This document shows, one piece after another, positions 25,241 through 38,819 of a stretch of 64,000 nt of DNA (the stretch's first letter is position 1; the number at the start of each line of letters is the position of its first letter). Under the pieces are notes generated by a model. It was not told where the DNA came from. It was given only the letters and a program-made list of their open reading frames with translations, and did no database searches. Position numbers and translations under genes: made by a program. The stretch comes from Eledone cirrhosa (lineage: Eukaryota): positions 2,976,001 to 3,040,000 of the forward strand of contig OZ024763.1 in NCBI GenBank assembly GCA_964016885.1. The letters run 5' to 3'.

Positions 25241-28200
25241 TTAGTGTCAGTCCATTTGGTGCTAGTGATGGTAGAATGGTGTTGGTGGTGTGGTGGTGGT
25301 ACTATGGTAGTGGTAGTACAGTAGTGGTAGTACAGTAGTGGTAGTAGTAGCAGTGCTGTAGTACAGTAGTGGTAGTAGTAGCGGTGCTGTAGTAATGTTA
25401 GTGTCAGTCCATTTGGTGCTAGTAATGGTAGAATGGCGTTGGTGGTGTGGTGGTGGTACTATGGTAGTGGTAGTACAGTAGTGGTAGTAGTAGCAGTGCT
25501 GTAGTACAGTAGTGGTAGTAGTAGCGGTGCTGTAGTAATGTTAGTGTCAGTCCATTTGGTGCTAGTGATGGTAGAATGGTGTTGGTGGTGTGGTGGTGGT
25601 ACTATGGTAGTGGTAGTACAGTAGTGGTAGTACAGTAGTGGTAGTAGTAGCAGTGCTGTAGTACAGTAGTGGTAGTAGTAGCGGTGCTGTAGTAATGTTA
25701 GTGTCAGTCCATTTGGTGCTAGTGATGGTAGAATGGTGTTGGTGGTGTGGTGGTGGTACTATGGTAGTGGTAGTAATAGCGCTGCTGTAGTACAGTAGTG
25801 GTAGTAGCAGCAGTGCTGTAGTACAGTAGTGGTAGTAGCAGCAGTGCTGTAGTACAGTAGTGGTAGTAGTAGCAGTGCTGTAGTACAGTAGTGGTAGTAG
25901 TAGCGGTGCTGTAGTACAGTAGTGGTAGTAGTAGCGGTGCTGTAGTACAGTAGTGGTAGTAGCAGCGGTGCTGTAGTACAGTAGTGGTAGTAGCAGCGGT
26001 GCTGTAGTACAGTAGTGGTAGTAGCAGCGGTGCTGTAGTACAGTAGTGGTAGTAGCAGCAGTGCTGTAGTACAGTAGTGGTAGTAGCAGCAGTGCTGTAG
26101 TACAGTAGTGGTAGTAGCAGCGGTGCTGTAGTACAGTAGTGGTAGTAGCAGCGGTGCTGTAGTACAGTAGTGGTAGTAGCAGCGGTGCTGTAGTACAGTA
26201 GTGGTAGTAGCAGCGGTGCTGTAGTACAGTAGTGGTAGTAGTAGCGGTGCTGTAGTACAGTAGTGGTAGTAGTAGCGGTGCTGTAGTACAGTAGTGGTAG
26301 TAGTAGCGGTGCTGTAGTACAGTAGTGGTAGTAGTAGCGGTGCTGTAGTACAGTAGTGGTAGTAGTAGCGGTGCTGTAGTACAGTAGTGGTAGTAGTAGC
26401 GGTGCTGTAGTACAGTAGTGGTAGTAGTAGCGGTGCTGTAGTACAGTAGTGGTAGTAGTAGCGGTGCTGTAGTACAGTAGTGGTAGTAGTAGCGGTGCTG
26501 TAGTACAGTAGTGGTAGGAGTAGCGGTGCTGTAGTACAGTAGTGGTAGGAGTAGCGGTGCTGTAGTACAGTAGTGGTAGGAGTAGCGGTGCTGTAGTACA
26601 GTAGTGGTAGGAGTAGCGGTGCTGTAGTACAGTAGTGGTAGGAGTAGCGGTGCTGTAGTACAGTAGTGGTAGGAGTAGCGGTGCTGTAGTACAGTAGTGG
26701 TAGGAGTAGCGGTGCTGTAGTACAGTAGTGGTAGGAGTAGCGGTGCTGTAGTACAGTAGTGGTAGTAGTAGCGGTGCTGTAGTACAGTAGTGGTAGGAGT
26801 AGCGGTGCTGTAGTACAGTAGTGGTAGGAGTAGCGGTGCTGTAGTACAGTAGTGGTAGGAGTAGCGGTGCTGTAGTACAGTAGTGGTAGTAGTAGCGGTG
26901 CTGTAGTACAGTAGTGGTAGGAGTAGCGGTGCTGTAGTACAGTAGTGGTAGGAGTAGCGGTGCTGTAGTACAGTAGTGGTAGGAGTAGCGGTGCTGTAGT
27001 ACAGTAGTGGTAGTAGTAGCGGTGCTGTAGTGGTAGTGGTAGCAGTGCTGTAGTACAGTAGTGGTAGTAGTAGCGGTGCTGTAGTGGTAGTGGTAGCAGT
27101 GCTGTAGTACAGTAGTGGTAGTAGTAGCAGTGCTGTAGTACAGTAGTGGTAGTAGTAGCAGTGCTGTAGTGGTAGTAGTAGCAGTGCTGTAGTGGTAGTA
27201 GTAGCAGTGCTGTAGTACAGTAGTGGTAGTAGTAGCGGTGCTGTAGTACAGTAGTGGTAGTAGTAGCGGTGCTGTAGTACAGTAGTGGTAGTAGTAGCGG
27301 TGCTGTAGTACAGTAGTGGTAGTAGTAGCGGTGCTGTAGTACAGTAGTGGTAGTAGTAGCGGTGCTGTAGTACAGTAGTGGTAGTAGTAGCAGTGCTGTA
27401 GTGGTAGTAGTAGCAGTGCTGTAGTGGTAGTAGTAGCAGTGCTGTAGTACAGTAGTGGTAGTAGTAGCGGTGCTGTAGTACAGTAGTGGTAGTAGTAGCG
27501 GTGCTGTAGTACAGTAGTGGTAGTAGTAGCGGTGCTGTAGTACAGTAGTGGTAGTAGTAGCGGTGCTGTAGTACAGTAGTGGTAGTAGTAGCGGTGCTGT
27601 AGTACAGTAGTGGTAGTAGTAGCGGTGCTGTAGTACAGTAGTGGTAGTAGTAGCAGTGCTGTAGTACAGTAGTGGTAGTAGTAGCGGTGCTGTAGTACAG
27701 TAGTGGTAGTAGTAGCGGTGCTGTAGTACAGTAGTGGTAGTAGTAGCAGTGCTGTAGTACAGTAGTGGTAGTAGTAGCAGTGCTGTAGTGGTAGTAGTAG
27801 CAGTGCTGTAGTGGTAGTAGTAGCAGTGCTGTAGTACAGTAGTGGTAGTAGTAGCGGTGCTGTAGTACAGTAGTGGTAGTAGTAGCGGTGCTGTAGTACA
27901 GTAGTGGTAGTAGTAGCGGTGCTGTAGTACAGTAGTGGTAGTAGTAGCGGTGCTGTAGTACAGTAGTGGTAGTAGTAGCGGTGCTGTAGTACAGTAGTGG
28001 TAGTAGTAGCGGTGCTGTAGTACAGTAGTGGTAGTAGTAGCGGTGCTGTAGTACAGTAGTGGTAGTAGTAGCGGTGCTGTAGTACAGTAGTGGTAGTAGT
28101 AGCGGTGCTGTAGTACAGTAGTGGTAGTAGTAGCGGTGCTGTAGTACAGTAGTGGTAGGAGTAGCGGTGCTGTAGTACAGTAGTGGTAGTAGTAGCGGTG

Positions 28201-29925
28201 CTGTAGTACAGTAGTGGTAGGAGTAGCGGTGCTGTAGTACAGTAGTGGTAGGAGTAGCGGTGCTGTAGTACAGTAGTGGTAGGAGTAGCGGTGCTGTAGT
28301 ACAGTAGTGGTAGGAGTAGCGGTGCTGTAGTACAGTAGTGGTAGGAGTAGCGGTGCTGTAGTACAGTAGTGGTAGGAGTAGCGGTGCTGTAGTACAGTAG
28401 TGGTAGGAGTAGCGGTGCTGTAGTACAGTAGTGGTAGGAGTAGCGGTGCTGTAGTACAGTAGTGGTAGTAGTAGCGGTGCTGTAGTGGTAGTGGTAGCAG
28501 TGCTGTAGTACAGTAGTGGTAGTAGTAGCGGTGCTGTAGTGGTAGTGGTAGCAGTGCTGTAGTACAGTAGTGGTAGTAGTAGCAGTGCTGTAGTGGTAGT
28601 AGTAGCAGTGCTGTAGTGGTAGTAGTAGCAGTGCTGTAGTACAGTAGTGGTAGTAGTAGCGGTGCTGTAGTACAGTAGTGGTAGTAGTAGCGGTGCTGTA
28701 GTACAGTAGTGGTAGTAGTAGCGGTGCTGTAGTACAGTAGTGGTAGTAGTAGCGGTGCTGTAGTACAGTAGTGGTAGGAGTAGCGGTGCTGTAGTACAGT
28801 AGTGGTAGTAGTAGCAGCGGTGCTGTAGTACAGTAGTGGTAGTAGTAGTAGCGGTGCTGTAGTACAGTAGTGGTAGTAGTAGCGGTGCTGTAGTACAGTA
28901 GTGGTAGTAGTAGCGGTGCTGTAGTACAGTAGTGGTAGTAGTAGCGGTGCTGTAGTACAGTAGTGGTAGTAGTAGCGGTGCTGTAGTACAGTAGTGGTAG
29001 TAGTAGCGGTGCTGTAGTACAGTAGTGGTAGTAGTAGCGGTGCTGTAGTACAGTAGTGGTAGTAGTAGCGGTGCTGTAGTACAGTAGTGGTAGTAGTAGC
29101 GGTGCTGTAGTACAGTAGTGGTAGTAGTAGCGGTGCTGTAGTACAGTAGTGGTAGTAGTAGCGGTGCTGTAGTACAGTAGTGGTAGTAGTAGCGGTGCTG
29201 TAGTACAGTTGTGGTAGTAGTAGCGGTGCTGTAGTACAGTAGTGGTAGTAGTAGCGCTGCTGTAGTACAGTAGTGGTAGTAGTAGCGGTGCTGTAGTACA
29301 GTAGTGGTAGTAGTAGCGGTGCTGTAGTACAGTAGTGGTAGTAGTAGCGGTGCTGTAGTACAGTAGTGGTAGGAGTAGCGGTGCTGTAGTACAGTAGTGG
29401 TAGTAGTAGCAGCGGTGCTGTAGTACAGTAGTGGTAGTAGTAGCGGTGCTGTAGTACAGTAGTGGTAGTAGTAGCGGTGCTGTAGTACAGTAGTGGTAGT
29501 AGTAGCGGTGCTGTAGTACAGTAGTGGTAGTAGTAGCGGTGCTGTAGTACAGTAGTGGTAGTAGTAGCGGTGCTGTAGTACAGTAGTGGTAGTAGTAGCG
29601 GTGCTGTAGTACAGTTGTGGTAGTAGTAGCGGTGCTGTAGTACAGTAGTGGTAGTAGTAGCGGTGCTGTAGTACAGTAGTGGTAGTAGTAGCGGTGCTGT
29701 AGTAATGTTAGTGTCAGTCCATTTGGTGCTAGTGATGGTAGAATGGCGTTGGTGGTGTGGTGGTGGTACTATGGTAGTGGTAGTACAGTAGTGGTAGTAG
29801 TAGCAGTGCTGTAGTACAGTAGTGGTAGTAGTAGCGGTGCTGTAGTACAGTAGTGGTAGTAGTAGCGGTGCTGTAGTACAGTAGTGGTAGTAGTAGCGCT
29901 GCTGTAGTAATGTTAGTGTCAGTCT
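25241..29925. repeat. 31-bp minisatellite (about 4 kb) nested in a 143-157-bp parent repeat
   Basis: Unit gtagtacagtagtggtagtagtagcggtgct; parent anchor ttagtgtcagtc at 25241, 25398, 25541, 25698, 29708 and 29913. Confidence 0.97.
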
Positions 29926-30243
29926 ATTCAGTACTTCAGTTATTGAGAAAAACCATATTTTGTTTTGGTTTTCCAAATCATTTTCTGGTCTGAATCTAAC
30001 AGTAATTGGGCTGGGGTTGTTTAGATTATGGAGGGGTGGGGATAGGATGTGGTGGTGGTGGTGGTGGTGGTAGGGGGTAGGATGTGGTGTCTGTGTGGTG
30101 GTGGTGGTGGTGGTGTGTGTGGTTGTAGGGGGTGGGGTAGGATGTGGTGAGAGTGTGTGTGTGTAGGATGTGGGTGTATGTATATAATATATATATATAT
30201 ATATATATGAATATATATATATATTTAATTAGAATTTTATATA

Positions 30244-30312
<69 letters not shown>

Positions 30313-30560
30313 GTGTGTGTTAACAATAAATGGAAAAAACAACACAACAGCTGATGAAGTATATATTTGTAGTGGAGTATGTTAGTGTTTCTGTGCGGTG
30401 TGTGTATATATATATATATATATATAAATATATATATAATGTGTGGTGTCATCATGTTGATGTATATATGTCTGTGGGTATATATAATGTATATATATAT
30501 ATATATATTATATATACCCACAGACATATATACATCAACATGATGATGATGACACCACAC

Positions 30561-30600
<40 letters not shown>

Positions 30601-31193
30601 GTTTATATATGTATTTGTGTGTGTGTGTGTGTGCATATATATATATATGTAGTGTGTGTGGTGTACACAATGTGTGTGTGTGTATATATGTCTAGTGTGG
30701 TATGGTGTGTGTATATATATATATATATGTTATGGTGTGGTATGGTGTATGTGTGTGTATATATATATATATATATGGTGTGTGTGTGTATGTATATGTA
30801 TATATGATGATATATATATATGGTGCGGTGTGTGTGTATGTATATATATATATGATGATGATATATATATATATATGGTGTGGTGTGTGTGTATGTATAT
30901 ATATATATATATGGTGTGTATGTATGTAGATATATATATATATGGTGTGGTATGGTGTGTGTATGTATATATATATATGGTGTGGTGTGTGTATGTATAT
31001 ATATATATATATATGGTGTGTGTGTATGTATATATATATATATGGTGTGTGTGTATGTATATATATATATATGGTGTGGTATGGTGTGTGTATGTATATA
31101 TATATATATATGGTGTGGTATGGTATGTGTATATATATATATGGTGTGGTGTGTGTGTATGTGTATATATATATATATGGTGTGGTGTGTGTA

Positions 31194-31249
<56 letters not shown>

Positions 31250-31509
31250 GTGGTATGGTGTGCGTGAGAATTTGTAGCTGATGTTATTAGCAGAGAAAAT
31301 AAACTAAAAGAGAGAGATAAGATGCAATAAAACAAGCAAAGTAGACTTTAGACATTTTCCAGTTTTATCAGTTAAAGTCTTTCATAATGGTGGGATGTTG
31401 GTGGATATGTTATTTTACTAAACATCTTCCAAGTATATCTGGAAACTTGTTACAATATCTCTATCACACTCATCTTCCTATGATGGGTTCTCGCTATATA
31501 TATATATAT

Positions 31510-31696
31510 ATAGACATTTTTTCCAATTTCCAACCCACCCGTTCCCTCAATCTATCTTATTTCTCATTCTCTCTTCTGATGAAGGACTAGCGTGTGAAAC
31601 GTTAAGACCCTGTTCCTGCTATTTCAAGCGTTAACCTAATATATCCCTTCCATATACTGTACTGATTGTGTTGTTATTTCTGTTTACCTTTTACAT
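31510..31696 (+). mobile_element. Family A hammerhead element, copy 2 (stem II mutated)
   Basis: CTGATGA at 31576, ggactagcgtgt-GAAACGTTaaga; colinear with 18065-18250. Confidence 0.8.
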
Positions 31697-31711
31697 ATAT
31701 ATATATATCAA

Positions 31712-32460
31712 TCATCATCATTTTACGTCTGCTTTTCCCACCTTGCAAGGGTGGTACGGGTCCTATTCAGCACAGCATCTCTCCATGTCATGGTCCTTTG
31801 TCGTCATCTCTGTGAGCTTCACCTCAGCCCATGTTTTTCGTGGTCTTCCTCTACTGCGTCTTCCTCTACTGCGTCTTCCTTCTACTGGGATTTCTTGGCA
31901 CTTCTTTACCCAGCGGTCATCCTCCATGCGCATCACATGTCCATACCATCGCAGTCTTTTCTCCCGCTCACCACAACTTAGCCCTCTTATACGCAGTTTC
32001 TCTCTCAACTTGTCTATACTTGGTCATTCACGCACATTGACATTGCACATCCAACGGAGCATGCTTGCCTCATTTCTCTCCAGCCATTGCATATCCTCCG
32101 CTGTTGCTGCCCATTTCTCACTACGATATAGCATCGCACATCTCACACAGACATCATATAACTGGCATTTCGTTTGTAGGGAGAAACCCTTCTTTGTCAA
32201 CAGAGAAAGCAGCTTCTTAAACTTCTTCCAACCTGTCCTTATTCTAGATACTATGGCCTCAGAACACCCACCTCCCATGCTAATCTGATCACCTAGGTAT
32301 CGGAAGCTTTCAACCACTTCTATAGATCCTACCTGCATTTGAAAAATGTGTCTATCACTGCGATTTCTACTGTCAAATTTCCCTGTACATCAACTGCATA
32401 CATAGTTTTCCCTACCTGTTAGTTTGCCTGCTATCCCACTACATCTCTTGTGTACCCACA
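31712..32460 (-). mobile_element. RTE LINE 3' portion, frameshifted
   Basis: IEVVESFRYLGDQIS..GGCSEAIVSRIRTGWKKFKKL...LYDVCVRCAMLYRSEKW...LERNEASMLRWMC, then RLRWYGHVMRM. Confidence 0.9.
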
Positions 32461-32564
32461 TATATATTTCTCTCTGTGTGTGTGTGTAATTATAAAGAGT
32501 CAAAACCCAAACAGCTAAGCTCTTGATGTTTCAACAGCTAGTATCCTGATTGCTATATGTGTAT

Positions 32565-33840
32565 CATCATCATCATCATCATCGTTTAACGTCCATCTTC
32601 CACGCTTGCATGGGTTTGGACGGGAGTTTTCCCACTTGAGGCAAGAGTGGTTGTCTTGCTCGCATAGGACTGTCTGGCGGGTTTTCTACGGCTGGATGCC
32701 CTTCCTAACACCAACCACGTTTACAGTGTGGACTGGCAGGTTTTTACCGTGTTACCTACACGGCCACATTACAGCGTGGACTGTGTGTTTTTTTGTCGTG
32801 ACACCTACACAACCTCATTTGTTTCAGACTGGATGTTGTGGTACCAACATAACTTTACATTGAAAGGGGTGGTGTGTATGGGGTGGGGGTAGTGGGACGG
32901 GGGTGTATTTTTGTTAGAGGTGCCTACTGATTGTAGTAGGTTTCACTTTGTACTTAGGTAAGGCGGGTCTTCTGTATTACTGTCCAGTGACATTGTCTTG
33001 GAGAGGTGTAAGTGTGTGAGGTCGGAATTTATCAAGTCGTCCAGGTTTTTCTGGGTCTGCTTACTCCGTGGCTACCGTCTATTTTTATTGCCCTGCACTA
33101 TTTTATACAGCTGTCGTCTTTCATGCGCATCACGTGACCGTACCAACGTAGTCTTCTCTCGAGTAAACAACATCTGATCCCTCTTATTTCTAATTTTTCC
33201 CTTAGTTCGATCCCTCTTATTTCTAATTTTTCCCTTAGTTCGTTTATGCTTTGCCGTTCACGTATATTACTATTACACATCCAGCGGAACATGCAACCTT
33301 CGTTCTTCTCCAGTCTGCATATATCCGCTGCACACAATGCCCAGGTCTCACTGCCATGTAACATTGCTGTTCATATGCAGGCATCATACAGACTGCCTTT
33401 CATTTTTAGAGAGAACCCAATACGTTCTGACTCTAGCTACTGTACTTTCAGAGCACCCTCCACCACTGTTGATTTTGTCACCCAGGTAACGGAAGGTGTC
33501 CACTATTTCTATAGAACCATCTGTGCAATGGAATGAGCTAGTATTCTGTGGGCATTTGCTGCTACTTATTGTACCAGCGCACCGGCCACATATAAAAATC
33601 TATATTCTTAGTTAGCTTACCTGTGATCCCACTACATCTTTTATGCACCCATACTTTGCATTTGGGACATAAAATGGAGTTTCTGCCTACTCCTTTCCTA
33701 CACACTGAGCATGGTCATTTCCCGGATGGGACCGGTGCCCTATTTTCCTTCCTACAAACTAGAACTTTAGTCTTAGACAGGTTAATTTTAAGGCCTTTTG
33801 ATTCTAGGCCATGCTTCCATGTTTGGAATTTCTTCTCTTA
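32565..33840 (-). mobile_element. RTE LINE 3' portion with 3' UTR
   Basis: MLHGSETWAL...RLEKNEGCMFRWMC...RRLRWYGHVMRMKDDSCIK; UTR shared with 46970-47325. Confidence 0.9.
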
Positions 33841-35926
33841 TATATATATATATATATACATATATATACATATACATACACACTCTCACACACATATCCT
33901 GACACACACATATACATATATGTCCTGATGTTTATGATTCAAGGTCCTACTCAGTGCTTTGCTTACATCTGGTCCCCAGAGAAGCAGTTTCTCTGCAGGT
34001 TCATCATGGCAGGAAATATGACCAGCAAGAGACAAGTGCCGGTATTGGATCAAATTTCGATGAAACTCGTGGCAGATCACCATAAAGGACCTTATTGTTA
34101 GTGTGACTTTTCCACGAAATGTTGTAAAAACCATCAAGTCTACTTGAGCAAGCAACACTTTGTCACAGACGAAGGTAAACCAGTGGTATAGCTAGAGTAT
34201 GTGCTGTCTGTGATAGACCCTTGACTTGGCTGCTCCCCGGAACCCCACATGCTCAAATATATACAACAGAGTCCCGGATTCTAAACCATATAGTAAGATG
34301 GTATTGACTGTAGCTTTGAATACTTAGCCACAGGTTTATCATGGTGGGAAACATGACCAGCAAGAGCCAAGTGAAGGGATTGGATTACAATTTCGATGAA
34401 ACATGTGTCACATCACCATGAAATGTTGAAAACCACCACATCTGATATATTGGTGTAGGAACCATCAAGTTCCCTTTAACGAGTGGCACATTATGAGGGT
34501 AAACCAGTGGCGTAGCTAGTGTGTGTGTGTGTGTGTGTCGCCTGTGACAAGCCACCCATATGTTCAAATATATACAACAGAGTCCAGGATTCTGTACCAT
34601 ACAGTAAGATGGTTTTGGAAGTAGTTTTGATGAGTTTGAAGACTTAGCCACAAAATGTTGAACACCACACAATATTTTTGTGTAAGAACCATTAAGTCTC
34701 CCTAGGGATTCGTATTGAAGGTGTGGCACTGAGAGGGTGACACGGAGGAGTCTAGGGTTCTTAAACATTCAGTAAGATGGTCTTGGCAGTAGTTTTGAAG
34801 AATATTTCACAAAATGTTGAACTCAATACGTAATAAGTTGGTGTAAGAACCATCAAGTCTATGAGAGGGGGGGGGGGGCGACGACACTGAGAGTCTAGGA
34901 TTCTAAACCATTTACAAGATGGTTTCAGTACCAAACATAACTGAGGATTATATTAAGAGTACATGCGTCTGTGGAATGCGCAGCCACTTACTACATATTA
35001 ATTTAATATCTAAGACGGTTCCATTGGTTGAACAAATGGAACACTCATTATCTAAAGTAATGGTAATCCATGTGAGTATATATGTGTAATATCTGTGTAT
35101 GTATGTATGTATGTATGTATGTGTCTAAGTGTATTTATACATGTATATATATATATATGTATGTGCATATATGTCTGTATGTATGTACATATATGAATGT
35201 TTGTGTGTGTGTGTATAAATATATATTGGTCTGTATGTATGTACATATATGAATGTTTGTATGTATGTGTATAAATATTATTTATATATGTGTATATGTT
35301 TGTATATATATGAATATATATTTGTATGTGTGTGTTATGTTTATGAATATATATTTGTATGTGTGTGTTATGTTTATGAATATATATTTGTATGCATGTG
35401 TATAAATGTATGTATTTGTGTGTGCATTTATGAATATATACTTGTATGTGAATAAATGTTATGTGTATGAATATATATTGGTATGTATGTGTATAAATAT
35501 ATAAGTATATATGTGCATGTGTGTGCATTTATGAATATATATTTTTATTTATGTGTATAAATATATATGTATGTGTGCGTATGAATGTTTGTATGTATGT
35601 ATGTGTATATACATATAAATGTATGTGTGTATATGTGTGTATATGTATTTGTATGTACGTAAAACAGTGATGGTAAATATATAAATGTTATGTGTGTATA
35701 TGAATATATATTTGTATGTGTATAAATATATAATGTTATATGTATGTGTCTGAATATATATATATATATGCATAGACATGTATGTATATATATATATATA
35801 TATATATACATAGACATGTATGTATATGTATGTATATATATATATATATATATATAGACATGTATGTATATACATAGACATGTATGTATATGTATGTATA
35901 TATATATATATATATATATACGTATG

Positions 35927-35971
<45 letters not shown>

Positions 35972-36419
35972 CCTCCTGTCCCCCACATACACAAAAATGT
36001 AACAATACAATAATGGCATTATTATATAATTATATCTAATCTATATGGTAGACTGTGGGGGGCCCAGGGGAGTTTAGGGCTATCATGGTAGACTGGGGGT
36101 TGGATGGAGGTTGTCATGGAAGCTAGGGGGGGTCGGGGTTTCAGATTGGATGGGGGCTTTCATGGTAGATTGGGGGGGGGGGAGTTGGAGGTTGTCATAG
36201 TAGCCAGAGAGGGGGGGGGGGTCGGATCGGATGGAGGTTGTCATGGTAGCCATAGAGGGTGTCAGAGGCGGTAGGGGGTCTGTCATATTGTCATTTTATA
36301 AAGCGTTTCTTTTGTTTTGTAGTTCTGTGACATTTATATATCTTCTACATTTATCTTTATTTGCATATACACTGTGTGTGTATGTATATGTATATACACA
36401 CTCACACACACTATATAAA

Positions 36420-37030
36420 TATATGATGGCTGCCCCCTCGTTATCGAGTATGGCCATTGCACAATATACCATTATTAATAATTCATTCTAACGTGCAATG
36501 CCTGTGCATGAAGATATTTTTTAAAGTGAGGAAAGACTGTGCACTGAGCCAATCCCACTCTCTGAGCTACAGTAGCTATAACCTGAAAAGAAGAAAAGAT
36601 CAACATCATCGGTAACTACTGAGCCGCAGGTTTTATATCGGAGTTATCCCAGTTTCCTGAGTTGCCTTCTCCTAGAAGAATGCCCTGACAAAGGCTAGGG
36701 ATCTTTCACTCCCAGTGGTTTAACCGCGTGATCGGGTGTCCAGCCTGACCTTTTCTATGTCCCCGCGCATATTCATACACATGCACCCATGCATATATAC
36801 ATATACATACATATGTACATGTGTATATACATATTTACACACTTTTGGATGGCCGTTGACTTTTATGAGTTCTTCCGCCCTTTGTCAGGTTTTGTCTTTT
36901 GTCCTGCAGGGTGTCCAAAATCCTCACCAAGTAAACTTTGTGGGGTTGCCGGTTTAGTCGCCGACGACCCGACCATGCGACAGGTTGTACTGGGTTACAT
37001 GTTACCAGTAGCACTCAAGAGTGACCCGAC
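36420..37030 (-). mobile_element. Probable retroelement (RTE-like) UTR fragments
   Basis: GC-richer unique block between microsatellites; minus-strand tctaggagaaggcaactc and gtcaacggccatcc resemble RTE 5' regions as recalled, unverified. Confidence 0.35.
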
Positions 37031-37312
37031 ATATATATATATATATACATACATACTCACAAATAAATATATATATACTCACAAATATATATATATATAT
37101 ACACACATACTCAAATGTGCATATGAACACATTTATGCACATCTATATATGCATATGCCCACACAAATTCCTATATAATCATACATACCTATATATATAT
37201 ATATATATATATACATATTCATACAAATTTATGCATATATATGTATACACACACACATGCATAAACACAAATTCATGCATACAGGCATATACACAAATTT
37301 ATACGTACATGC

Positions 37313-37343
<31 letters not shown>

Positions 37344-37469
37344 CATATATATATATGCATGTACGTATTTGTTAATATATCGTATTTTTACTCCAATAAT
37401 TTGTTGAGTGCTTTATATCAGTTATAAAAATATTTGCTTGTTGTATCCCAACAATTTAAATAGAACTTC

Positions 37470-37524
<55 letters not shown>

Positions 37525-37779
37525 TTGTAATTTGGAAAATTCCTGTTCTAGTTCTTTAACTGGAATCATTTTGGTCTTCTGGGATTTACAACTGGCTCCA
37601 CCTTTTTATATATATATTTAATTATTTTTATTGTTGTTATTGTTGTAGTGCTATATGTCCTTCAAGCTTTTAATAATCAGAAACCAACATGATAAACTCA
37701 TTCTTTCACTGCCATGCTAGGTATTGTACCTCCTTTGTTAAATATATTTCTAATGAAAAACACTGGTTTGAGATTTTCA

Positions 37780-38600
37780 AATTATTTAGATCAAAAATTT
37801 GGAAGGATTTGGTAATAAAACTTAAGTTTTTCATTAAGTTGGCGTTTATAACACAATTTAACCTTTTGTTACCATATTTCTAATGAAAGACTGTCTGTCT
37901 TTAACCCTTTAATTATGATATTTCTAATGAAAGACACTGTCTATGTCATTAACCCTTTCATTACGATATTTCTAATAAAAGACACTGTCGATGTCATTAA
38001 CCCTTTCATTACCATATTTCTAATGAAAGACACTGTCTATGTCATTAACCCTTTCATTACGATATTTCTAATAAAAGACACTGTCGATGTCATTAACCCT
38101 TTAATTACCATATTTCTAATGAAAGATACTGTCTGTCTTTAACCCTTTCATTACCATATTTCTAATGAAAGACACTGTGTATGTCATTAACCCTTTCATT
38201 ACCATATTTCTAATGAAAGACACTGTCTATGTCATTAACCTTTTCATTACCATATTTCTAATGAAAGACACTGTCTATGTCATTAACCCTTTCATTACCA
38301 TATTTCTAATGAAAGACGCTGTCTATGTCATTAACCTTTTCATTACCATATTTCTAATGAAAGACACTGTCTATGCCATTAACCTTTTCATTACCATATT
38401 TCTAATGAAAGACACTGTCTATGTCATTAACCCTTTCATTACCATATTTCTAATTAAAGACATTACTTGTGATTTTTCAAAGAATTTTGAAGGATTTAGT
38501 AATATAACTTTCTTTTTCATTGAGCTGTTATTTGTAACACAATTTAACCTTTTTGTTAACATATTTCTAATGAAAGACCCTGTTTATGGTGTTCAAATAA
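37780..38600 (+). repeat. 48-bp tandem array A, related to a MITE terminus
   Basis: Unit ttaaccctttcattaccatatttctaatgaaagacactgtctatgtca, about 13 copies. Confidence 0.92.
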
Positions 38601-38614
38601 TTCTGATAAAGCGA

Positions 38615-38646
<32 letters not shown>

Positions 38647-38819
38647 CAAGAGAGGGAAAGAGAGGGAGAGAAAGAGAAAAATAGAGGAATGAAGAGAGAG
38701 TGAAAGAGATATAGACTGGTACTTTTTTTTAATCAAGTTTGAAACAAATAAAAAGCAAATTGGAACTCAGCAGGATTTGAACCCAGAGACCGCAGGCAGC
38801 TGTAAAGTATATTGCAAAG

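Noticed and set aside
25759-29976. 1405-aa ORF
   Set aside because: Translation of a 31-bp minisatellite cycling through three stop-free frames; no domain, no splice context.
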